Position numbers and translations under genes: made by a program
Shown: piece by piece, positions 1 to 6,035 of the stretch
Position numbering within the stretch: the first letter of the stretch is position 1
Layout of the letters: the number at the start of each line of letters is the position of its first letter
Virus record (IMG/VR): IMGVR_UViG_3300003779_000001
Coordinates: 1-34,486 of that record
DNA from: a virus
Reading direction: 5' to 3' (one strand)
DNA length: 34,486 nucleotides
Notes under the pieces: generated by a model
Databases searched by the model: none
Told to the model about the DNA's origin: nothing
The model's input: only the letters and a program-made list of their open reading frames with translations

Positions 1-99
1 GACTGTTAGCCAAACTCGTTTTCCCGAAGTCGATCCAGGTACTCGTTCACGGGGTAGCCCTCGGTAAACTCACTGTCCTCGATCTTGTCGAGGTCCACC
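1..99. repeat. Terminal direct repeat copy 1 (identical to 34388..34486); circular-assembly overlap
   Basis: Bases 1..99 (gactgttagccaaactcg...cgaggtccacc) recur base-for-base at 34388..34486. The window is a 34,387-bp circle opened inside the 3' end of a minus-strand gene. Confidence 0.95.
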
Positions 100-446
100 T
101 CAGGGGGCTGGATGAAGACTACGGCGCCATCCACTACTCGAATAACCTTTCCTTGCTCATCGTAATTGAGCGTGCCCCGAACCCGCACTCGCTTGTGCTG
201 CCAAACGTCGCCGGCGGCCATAGCCACGCTAATCTCATCTCGCGTTGCCACGCTAACTCGGCACCAAAAACGACGCCCCATGTTCTTTTCCTCCAGTTGC
301 AATGCCGGCTCGTTGTAATCTGTGCCAATATCGACTAACCGGCCTTCAACAGAACCGACCTCTCGGCGGGACGTTCTAGGGAATAGGTAGCTATGTAGGG
401 ACTCCACAGGGGCAAGAATCTCTCCAAAACATCTGTTAGCGGACAT
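6..446 (-). CDS. Hypothetical protein (146 aa), last gene of the leftward early/replication operon
   Basis: ORF track gives 6..476(-). I prefer the ATG at 446 (MSANRCFGEIL...) because GGAG lies 7 nt upstream. No family recognised. The segment HKRVRVRGTLNYDEQGKVIRVVDGAVVF gives a weak beta-rich/OB-like impression only. Confidence 0.6.
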   Translation of the reverse strand: MSANRCFGEILAPVESLHSYLFPRTSRREVGSVEGRLVDIGTDYNEPALQLEEKNMGRRFWCRVSVATRDEISVAMAAGDVWQHKRVRVRGTLNYDEQGKVIRVVDGAVVFIQPPEVDLDKIEDSEFTEGYPVNEYLDRLRENEFG

Positions 447-544
447 GATATATCTCCAACTTTTTGATTCCATCAATACGATTCAAAGATCGGGTACGTT
501 AGGTATAATAACGCCCTTTTTGACCAGGCATTTCGTCGCCATAG

Positions 545-2209
545 TCAGCAATCTATCCGCCTCAAGACGACGGAGACAGGCAAGTCCAAGTCCAGGAGAT
601 CGCCGCCCTGCATCAGAAAAACGCTCTCCTGCCTAAAACAAAGCTTCTTGCCGTATTCCGCATTCCGCTGCTTTTCGATCGTCACCATAATTCCTCCTTC
701 CGCAGCTTCATCTTCCTGCTCTTCATCCGGCTCCTGGCTCACCATGCTCAGCACGCTGTCTGCCGCTCCCAACAAGGCGTTCGAGCCGCGCATCCCCCTA
801 GCAACATCCTTGCCGGAATGATGAATTAAAAGAACGGCACAACCCAACGCATTGCGTAGCAAGTCAACGCTTCTGACAACCGCACCAACGTCTTGCGCGC
901 TATTCTCGTCGCCGCTCATCGAGCGTGCCAGCGTGTCGAAAACGATGAGCGACAAGGACGACATTTCTTCCACAGCATTCACCGCCGCAACGAAATTCTC
1001 CATATCTTCTAGCGAAGAAAGATCGACGCCTGCCAATGAAAAATAAGCTCGTGAAGTCAGCGGCAGACCAGCATCCCAATGCCAGGTCGTTATGCGTCCC
1101 TTCAACCCGCCAAGTCCTTCGTTCATAACGTATAAAATATCAGACGCACCGGAAACCCCATGGCCCTGCCAGCTTACGCCATTGGCAATGCTCAGGACCA
1201 TGTCCAGCCCGAGAAAGGTCTTGCCGACCCCCGGCGGGCCATACAAGACCGCCAAGCCATGCCGCTCAATGATATTCGAGATAAGCCATTCCTGAGGCGG
1301 AAGAGCCATAAGCTCGCCGGCGGAAAGAAACCGCTTGAAACGAGTATCGGGACCTGGCGCCGATCGATGCCGGACGTATTCGTCGGATACGTGATCCCCC
1401 AGCGACGACCCGTCCAGTCCTTTTGGGAGCAGACGGTCGGGTTTACCACCAGGTCCCGATACCAATGGTTTAGCCGCATCAGCAATATCAAGTAAAGCGG
1501 TTCTCGTGCCACCATCGTCTATCCAGTCGGATGCGTCATACCCCCGCTGGCATTCGCCCGTCGAGGCCTCCGCAAGCGAGACCACCGTGATCGTTCGAGC
1601 AACGCCGTCCAGCTGCCGACACACGTCCTCGGCATGCTTCATGCCGGCTTCATCGTGATCAGGAAGAATAATCACATTGCGGTCGGCAAACCACTTGTTC
1701 AGCCGCGCCGACCAGTTGCTTGCACCACCATCGCTAGTTGTCGCCAAGACGCCTAAGCGGTTCAGCCGATCAGCGTCTTTCTCTCCCTCGACAATGAATA
1801 TCGGCTCGTCACTACGCTCGATGAGCTCGGGAAGCCGGTAGGGAACACGGGCGCGATTGCCGCGGCCCCACACCGTCTCTGCCCCGACCCGGTGCCGCAT
1901 TCTGAAGGTCTTGGGAATATACCGGACAACCTCATAGGCAACGGCACCGCTCTCGTCATGATATGGATAAACCGCTTCCGGTTCCATGCGGTCCGGCATC
2001 GAAACCCCTCCCTGGAAACGCCCGATGAAATCCTTGATGCCGCCGCCAACAGCGTTTTCGTGGTCGTACCATATGCCTCGGTCGAGATTAACGATCAGCG
2101 AACCATGATTGCCCCACCGCAACTCCGTCTTGCTCGAAAGTCGGCGGTTCGCTGGTCCCAGAATATCTGTGGCGATGCGCTCCAATTCTCCCCTAGAAGG
2201 GAATTTCAT
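545..2209 (-). CDS. Bifunctional DNA primase / replicative helicase (Toprim + RecA/DnaB-like P-loop ATPase)
   Basis: 574-aa ORF. The likely start is the ATG at 2209 (MKFPSRGELERIA). Toprim motifs are IFIVEGEKDADRL and ILPDHDEAG. The C-terminal ATPase has Walker A VLYGPPGVGKTF, Walker B-like LSLIVFDTL, and LLIHHSGKD. The architecture matches P4-alpha/RepA-type primase-helicases. Confidence 0.85.
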   Translation of the reverse strand: MKFPSRGELERIATDILGPANRRLSSKTELRWGNHGSLIVNLDRGIWYDHENAVGGGIKDFIGRFQGGVSMPDRMEPEAVYPYHDESGAVAYEVVRYIPKTFRMRHRVGAETVWGRGNRARVPYRLPELIERSDEPIFIVEGEKDADRLNRLGVLATTSDGGASNWSARLNKWFADRNVIILPDHDEAGMKHAEDVCRQLDGVARTITVVSLAEASTGECQRGYDASDWIDDGGTRTALLDIADAAKPLVSGPGGKPDRLLPKGLDGSSLGDHVSDEYVRHRSAPGPDTRFKRFLSAGELMALPPQEWLISNIIERHGLAVLYGPPGVGKTFLGLDMVLSIANGVSWQGHGVSGASDILYVMNEGLGGLKGRITTWHWDAGLPLTSRAYFSLAGVDLSSLEDMENFVAAVNAVEEMSSLSLIVFDTLARSMSGDENSAQDVGAVVRSVDLLRNALGCAVLLIHHSGKDVARGMRGSNALLGAADSVLSMVSQEPDEEQEDEAAEGGIMVTIEKQRNAEYGKKLCFRQESVFLMQGGDLLDLDLPVSVVLRRIDC

Positions 2210-2777
2210 CGTCCAGGCTTTGCGCACCCACCGTACCCACTGCGGGCGGCGCATGAACAGGCGGCGCAACGTTACCCGAGCTCTTGCCGGATTCCGGAAG
2301 CGTGGCGCGATCGACCGTCTTCACGAAAGCGAGCTGAGGAACGTTCAGCATCGTATTCCCGGCGGCGACATTCTCGACGCCGGTTATTTGAATGACCGGC
2401 AAGACGCCAGACTGGGCCGTCTTACTCACCACGGTCGGCCAAACTCGTGAAATGGCAAGCCGCGACGCCTTGCCCGTCGTTGACCAGGTGAGCCAGCCGT
2501 GCGCATTGTCATAGAGATCAATCGTAAAACCCCGACGCCAAGTCATTCCAGGAGTGTCTTCTGGTTTGGCGTCTTGACGCCCAACGACCGTATCCCATTG
2601 CCATTCCGTCCGGTTGCTACTTTGCGAGAAACATCCCCACCCCGTGCGCAAGGTGACAGGGTCGAGAACGAAGTGAACCAAGGTCACGACTTCCTTGTTC
2701 ACCACCCACTGATTGGCTACCGATCGGTAGTTAATAAAAGTCCTGTTTTCGTCTAAAATTTGAAGAGGGTCGTTCAT
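2193..2777 (-). CDS. SSB-like early protein with the bacterial SSB C-terminal tip motif (DDEIPF)
   Basis: 194 aa, with RBS GGAGAA 6 nt before the ATG at 2777. A Trp-rich N-terminal domain (WQWD, WRRGF, GWLTW) is followed by a Pro/Ala/Gly linker (SGNVAPPVHAPPAVGTVGAQ) and the terminal SLDDEIPF. It overlaps the primase-helicase start by 17 nt. The fold is not recognisably a canonical OB SSB. Confidence 0.6.
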   Translation of the reverse strand: MNDPLQILDENRTFINYRSVANQWVVNKEVVTLVHFVLDPVTLRTGWGCFSQSSNRTEWQWDTVVGRQDAKPEDTPGMTWRRGFTIDLYDNAHGWLTWSTTGKASRLAISRVWPTVVSKTAQSGVLPVIQITGVENVAAGNTMLNVPQLAFVKTVDRATLPESGKSSGNVAPPVHAPPAVGTVGAQSLDDEIPF

Positions 2778-2800
2778 TGTCGCTTCTCCATTTCAGGTTC

Positions 2801-2836
2801 CAGCCCCCCTTCTCTCCTAAGAGAGAAGGGGGGCTG
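2801..2836 (-). promoter_or_regulatory. Perfect 16-bp-stem hairpin between the TM-peptide ORF and the SSB-like gene
   Basis: cagccccccttctctc / ctaa / gagagaaggggggctg. No U-tract follows on either strand, so it is more likely an RNA processing/stability element or a protein site than an intrinsic terminator. Confidence 0.5.
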
Positions 2837-2841
2837 ATCAA

Positions 2842-2949
2842 CTAGATCATCATGATGATCAGCCAAGCTACGAAAGCGCCGACCAGTATGGTTATCTTGC
2901 TTGGTCCGGCTCGAACAGTTTCAGCCATCTGATTCTTTTCGTCTGTCAT
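2842..2949 (-). CDS. Small membrane peptide (35 aa), not in the ORF track
   Basis: Hand translation gives MTDEKNQMAETVRAGPSKITILVGAFVAWLIIMMI*, with one hydrophobic helix. AAGGAAA lies upstream of the ATG at 2949. It fills an otherwise empty gap in a tightly packed operon. Confidence 0.4.
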   Translation of the reverse strand: MTDEKNQMAETVRAGPSKITILVGAFVAWLIIMMI

Positions 2950-3056
2950 TCGATTTTCCTTTCTTGACCACAGAGCATTTTAAGCCTCGTACAGAGGCGA
3001 GGCCGTCTTCGGGTAGCCAGGTACGAAAACATCAGAGATACGCATCCTGGACCATC

Positions 3057-3392
3057 CTAGGGCCTCCTGGAGGGCTTTAAACTGCAAGGCTTCCAAAACG
3101 ATAATTCTTCGGGATTTTCCCGGTAATAAGAACATGCTGGCGTTTTGGGCGGCAGCTGATTGATAAAAGACTTCGTATAAGCCGTATATTTTGCGCAGTG
3201 ACCTGGCTTAAGCTGATTGCCGCGCCTTCGGTTCGTCGCCGAATAGTAGCCGTTATTATTGAAAAATTGACAATTAAAGCAGAAAGTATATGCCGGACCC
3301 GTGCCGGCCAGGTACATCATGCCGGAAGGTGATTTTTTGAACGCTCGCTTCAGTTCCGAATCATAAAGGTTCGTAAGATTTTCCCGTTTCAT
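3057..3392 (-). CDS. Cys-rich small protein (111 aa), possible zinc-binding
   Basis: ORF track gives 3057..3539. The ATG at 3392 (MKRENLTNLYD...) has GGGAGA 7 nt upstream. Cysteine pattern is CFNC...HC...C...C. The gene is AT-richer than its neighbours. Confidence 0.6.
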   Translation of the reverse strand: MKRENLTNLYDSELKRAFKKSPSGMMYLAGTGPAYTFCFNCQFFNNNGYYSATNRRRGNQLKPGHCAKYTAYTKSFINQLPPKTPACSYYRENPEELSFWKPCSLKPSRRP

Positions 3393-3522
3393 GTGCAATT
3401 CTCCCGAAACTTCCGAAATCACAAAAATTTTCTGCCACGGGGAGCAGACACTGCTAGCCCCCCCGCCCCCCCCTAAACACTTCTCGCGCGCGGCGTTGTG
3501 TGTAAAAAGGAGCCTCTTGTAA

Positions 3523-3542
3523 CGCGTGACCATGGTCACGCG
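3523..3542. promoter_or_regulatory. 20-bp perfect palindrome just downstream of the wHTH gene stop
   Basis: cgcgtgac catg gtcacgcg, forming an 8-bp stem with a 4-nt loop in RNA. It lies in the 3393..3549 intergenic spacer. Confidence 0.45.
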
Positions 3543-3549
3543 CTAGAAG

Positions 3550-4242
3550 TCACAGCAGCCCCGCAGCTTTGGCGACAACCCCCAGAGAAGCCGTGGAAGC
3601 TCCAGTTTCCGCAGCTTTCAGCACTGCGTCCCGTACATCCTCGGGCGTGCATCCGCGCTCTGCGAGCTGCTGTGCGTCCTTTATCTGCTGCGACGCAATG
3701 CGGAGCGAGCCAGTCGCTCGCTCCACAGCGTGAGTGAATGTGTGTGCGAGGATATTGGCTGACGCCTCGATTTCCCTGAATCCCTTCGTTCTCGCGTCCT
3801 CTTCCGGCACGACGCCTGTTTCTGCGGTATCATCGGCGATCTTCGGTCGCGGAGCGTAGAATTGCTCTCGCGACGGCAGTTCGGATTGCGGCCCGTCGAA
3901 CAGGACCTGATACCTGTTAGTACGCCAACGGGACTTTTGCTGTACCGGCATTGGATACTTACGCGGCTGCAACTTGCGGACATAGCCGGCGTTAATGAGG
4001 CGAGTCATATGGCGTGAGACGGTACGAGGACCGCGAGAGATATGCCGACCGAGAGTAATCTGGCTCGGCCAGCAAATTCCGTAGGCGTTGGTATGCAAAC
4101 ACAATGCGGCCAGCACACGTAATGTCGTGATATGCAGCTGGTCGTCCTGAACGGCGCGAGCGGGCAGGACGGAGTAACGACGGATTTTAGGTTTCGATTT
4201 TGGCACGGGCGAGATCGTAGTGGAGCGCGTTTGACCAGTCAA
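3550..4242 (-). CDS. Winged-helix/HTH DNA-binding protein (regulator or origin-binding initiator), first gene of the leftward operon
   Basis: The ORF opens with TTG at 4242. There is no in-frame ATG before residue 79, and GTG at 4206 is an alternative start. The HTH-like core is LRVLAALCLHTNAYGICWPSQITLGRHISRGPRTVSRHMTRLINAGYVRK. Confidence 0.75.
   Translation of the reverse strand: MTGQTRSTTISPVPKSKPKIRRYSVLPARAVQDDQLHITTLRVLAALCLHTNAYGICWPSQITLGRHISRGPRTVSRHMTRLINAGYVRKLQPRKYPMPVQQKSRWRTNRYQVLFDGPQSELPSREQFYAPRPKIADDTAETGVVPEEDARTKGFREIEASANILAHTFTHAVERATGSLRIASQQIKDAQQLAERGCTPEDVRDAVLKAAETGASTASLGVVAKAAGLL
4214..4242 (-). promoter_or_regulatory. Candidate leftward promoter TTGACT-17-TACGAT (would make the wHTH mRNA leaderless from GTG 4206)
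   Basis: On the minus strand: TTGACT (4242..4237), a 17-nt spacer, TACGAT (4219..4214), then 7 nt to GTG at 4206. It competes with the TTG-4242 start call. Confidence 0.3.
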
Positions 4243-4277
4243 CTATCTAACTAACGATACCGTCCGGTATTAGAACG

Positions 4278-4325
4278 CAGCACCTTATTTCCCCCCCCTT
4301 TAAGGGGGGGGGAAATAAGGTGCTG
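4278..4325. repeat. 21-bp-arm inverted repeat with C8/G9 homopolymer core in the divergent early control region
   Basis: cagcaccttatttcccccccc (4278..4298) / tttaag / ggggggggaaataaggtgctg (4305..4325). It lies between the two divergent early operons, 18 nt upstream of the rightward -35. Confidence 0.6.
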
Positions 4326-4342
4326 ACTGCTGCATTTTTATG

Positions 4343-4371
4343 TTGACACTGCCTGATACATGCGGTATAAA
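4343..4371 (+). promoter_or_regulatory. Near-consensus sigma70 promoter for the rightward early operon
   Basis: TTGACA (4343..4348), exactly 17 nt of spacer, TATAAA (4366..4371). It is followed by RBS GGGAGA and the ATG at 4401. Confidence 0.7.
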
Positions 4372-4400
4372 GAATATTAATTACATAAAAGGGAGATAAA

Positions 4401-5024
4401 ATGACCGAATTAAGCACATTCACACGCTATCTGACGGCTGACGAATATCATGCAGCCGTCGGAGACGACGACTATCTTGTTGCAGCCGGCCACAACGTAG
4501 TCGTAACTGTCTCGGCTGACACTGCCTGGCATAGCTATCGTCTTGACGGTTCGCTCGACGGCTCGATTTTCGTCATTGGCGACGGCGCTGGCGATGCGAT
4601 CCGCAGTGGCGACGGCGCTGGCGACGCTTGGCGCAAGGGCCCTGGCGCTGGCGATGCGATCCGCAGTGACGCTGGCGCTGGCGATGCGATCCGCAGTGGC
4701 GTTGGCGCTGGCAATGCGCTTCGCCACGACAGTGGCACTGGCAATGCGATCCGCAGTAGCGACGGCGCTGGCGACGCTTGGCGCAAGGGCCCCGGCGCTG
4801 GCGATGCGATCCGCAGTGGCGCTGGCGATGGTGATGCGATCCGCAGTGACGCTGGCGCTGGCGATGCGATCCGCAGTGACGACGGCGTTGGCAATGCGAT
4901 CCGCAGTGGCGCTGGCGCTGGCAATGCGCTTCGCCACGACAGTGGCACTGGCAATGCGCTCCGCAGTGACGCTGGCGATGGTGATGCGATCCGCAGTGGC
5001 GCTGGCAAAGGCCGCGCGATTTAG
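4401..5024 (+). CDS. Decapeptide-repeat protein (61-aa N-domain + ~14.6 x G-[AD]-G-[DN]-A-[ILW]-R-x-x-x), function unknown
   Basis: RBS aaGGGAGAtaaaATG. Only this frame has a start/RBS context; the other five open frames are repeat artefacts. By my count it has 30 acidic and 20 basic residues. Confidence 0.8.
   Translation: MTELSTFTRYLTADEYHAAVGDDDYLVAAGHNVVVTVSADTAWHSYRLDGSLDGSIFVIGDGAGDAIRSGDGAGDAWRKGPGAGDAIRSDAGAGDAIRSGVGAGNALRHDSGTGNAIRSSDGAGDAWRKGPGAGDAIRSGAGDGDAIRSDAGAGDAIRSDDGVGNAIRSGAGAGNALRHDSGTGNALRSDAGDGDAIRSGAGKGRAI
4578..5021 (+). repeat. Tandem 30-bp coding repeat (~15 units) with higher-order structure
   Basis: The unit is about gacggcgctggcgatgcgatccgcagtggc. Units 2-6 and 7-13 share the same start (GAGDAWRKGP) and end (GAGNALRHDS, GTGNA[IL]RS..), which indicates a higher-order duplication. 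Confidence 0.9.
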
Positions 5025-5058
5025 GAACGGAATTGGAGACCAAAGATAGGAAACGACC

Positions 5059-5427
5059 ATGTCGACATCACTCGGGGAACGAATTCGAGAACAGCGCCGG
5101 AAGAAGGGGCTTACACTCGAACAACTTGCCGCCGCAAGCGGGTCTAGCAAGAGCTATATGTGGGAGATTGAGAACAAAGACGTCGCGCGCCCCTCGGCGG
5201 AGAAGCTGCAAGCCATAGCCCAGGCGCTTAATACGACAATGGATTATTTGTTGGCCGCCGAAGGTGTTACAGAGGCTGGTGCCTCCGATCGAGCGTTCTT
5301 TTACAAGTACCGAGAAATGCCAGAAAAGACCAAACGGAAGCTCCAACGCATACTTGAGCTGCTTGATGATGACGAAGAGGAAGGGAAAATGATCGGAACT
5401 ATAACTTATGGGCTTGACGCCGGTTGA
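5059..5427 (+). CDS. XRE-family HTH transcriptional regulator (Cro/CI/Aca-like)
   Basis: LGERIREQRRKKGLTLEQLAAASGSSKSYMWEIENKDVARPSAEKLQAIAQALNTTMDYL is a canonical HTH_3/XRE domain. The tail is acidic (DDDEEEG). Confidence 0.85.
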   Translation: MSTSLGERIREQRRKKGLTLEQLAAASGSSKSYMWEIENKDVARPSAEKLQAIAQALNTTMDYLLAAEGVTEAGASDRAFFYKYREMPEKTKRKLQRILELLDDDEEEGKMIGTITYGLDAG

Positions 5428-5494
5428 GAAGGCACCGGACAACAAAACCTACCGCTTATAAGCCCATAACTTATGATCCCGAAAGAGACCAAGC

Positions 5495-5623
5495 ATGAAT
5501 CTGATGAGTATCTTCCATCGATTTCCTGATCAAGAAGCCTGTATCGAATACATGGAACGTGTACGTTGGAGCGACGAGATGCATTGTCCGCACTGCAGCT
5601 CCACCCTTGATTTCGGATTTTGA
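5495..5623 (+). pseudogene. Remnant of an IS1595-type transposase zinc-ribbon N-terminus (42 codons)
   Basis: Hand translation gives MNLMSIFHRFPDQEACIEYMERVRWSDEMHCPHCSSTLDFGF*. It matches the ..F.rFPDeeAC..Yl...RW......CP.C.. start of Zn_Tnp_IS1595 domains, but stops after the first Cys pair. It ends 4 nt before the TerS ATG. Confidence 0.5.
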
Positions 5624-5627
5624 TTCT

Positions 5628-6035
5628 ATGACAGCCAAACCGAAGCCAGCCCCGCGACCTTCCGTGCGTAAACTACGGAGAGGGCTGGTCACTGGAACGG
5701 ACAGAGAACGCGAGCGGGTCAAGGACGAGTTACACCAGCTGGCAACGTCGGACATTGCGGACGTTATGGCATGGGACGACGGCAAGCTGGTGCTGAAAGA
5801 CTTTGATCTGATCCCCGCGGGTGCGCGTCGATGCATCAAAAAGATTCGGGTGGTTTCAAATAATCACGGCATGCAATTGGAGGTCGAACTACACGATAAA
5901 CTGTCGGCGCTCCGCATTCTCGCTAGACATTACGGACTTCTTGAAACAGGCTTGATGCATTCGTCAAAGCCTAGCGTTGTTGGCATCAATCTTCGCGGAC
6001 CCGTGCTTATTGACGAAGAAGACGGAAGGAATTGA
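5628..6035 (+). CDS. terS: Terminase small subunit (Terminase_2-like core, no recognisable N-terminal HTH)
   Basis: ATG at 5628 (MTAKPKPAPRP). The segment IKKIRVVSNNHGMQLEVELHDKLSALRILARHYGLLE matches the DK.kALe.L.kHlGl core of P27-type small terminases. It abuts TerL through a TGATG junction. Confidence 0.75.
   Translation: MTAKPKPAPRPSVRKLRRGLVTGTDRERERVKDELHQLATSDIADVMAWDDGKLVLKDFDLIPAGARRCIKKIRVVSNNHGMQLEVELHDKLSALRILARHYGLLETGLMHSSKPSVVGINLRGPVLIDEEDGRN

Noticed and set aside
482-509. + strand promoter-like TTCAAA-16-TATAAT pointing antisense into the primase-helicase gene
   Set aside because: The -35 is weak, and there is no + strand gene or terminator downstream. It is probably a chance AT-rich match in a short spacer, though an antisense RNA cannot be excluded.
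1892-2395. Assorted antisense or overlapping ORFs of 60-230 aa inside confidently assigned genes, e.g. 1892..2395(+), 21518..22099(+), 22918..23520(+), 26961..27587(+), 32080..32655(+), 32663..33355(+), 9990..10409(-)
   Set aside because: Each lies wholly within, and opposite or out of frame to, a gene with clear family motifs. They reflect high-GC stop-codon scarcity, and none has an RBS or recognisable domain.
3393-3539. N-terminal extension of the Cys-rich ORF (MTMVTRYKRLL...GGGGGASS...)
   Set aside because: The extension runs through the G8CG7 homopolymer and the palindrome-containing spacer and has no RBS. The ATG at 3392 has a well-spaced GGGAGA.
4578-5021. Possible CRISPR array (regular ~30-bp repeats)
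   Set aside because: The units are directly abutting with no spacers. They are degenerate in a codon-like third-position pattern and lie in frame inside a CDS.
4410-5150. Four additional long ORFs across the 30-bp repeat array: 4410..5150(-), 4535..5008(-), 4543..5049(+) and 4573..5043(-)
   Set aside because: The periodic GC-rich repeat lacks stop codons in every frame. Only the 4401 frame has a promoter, an RBS and a non-repetitive N-terminal domain. The others translate to low-complexity Ala/Arg/Ser/His strings.
5406-5469. 10-bp inverted repeat ttatgggctt/aagcccataa spanning the XRE stop codon with a 44-nt loop
   Set aside because: The loop is too large and no U-tract follows. One arm is coding. 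This is insufficient to call a terminator or operator.
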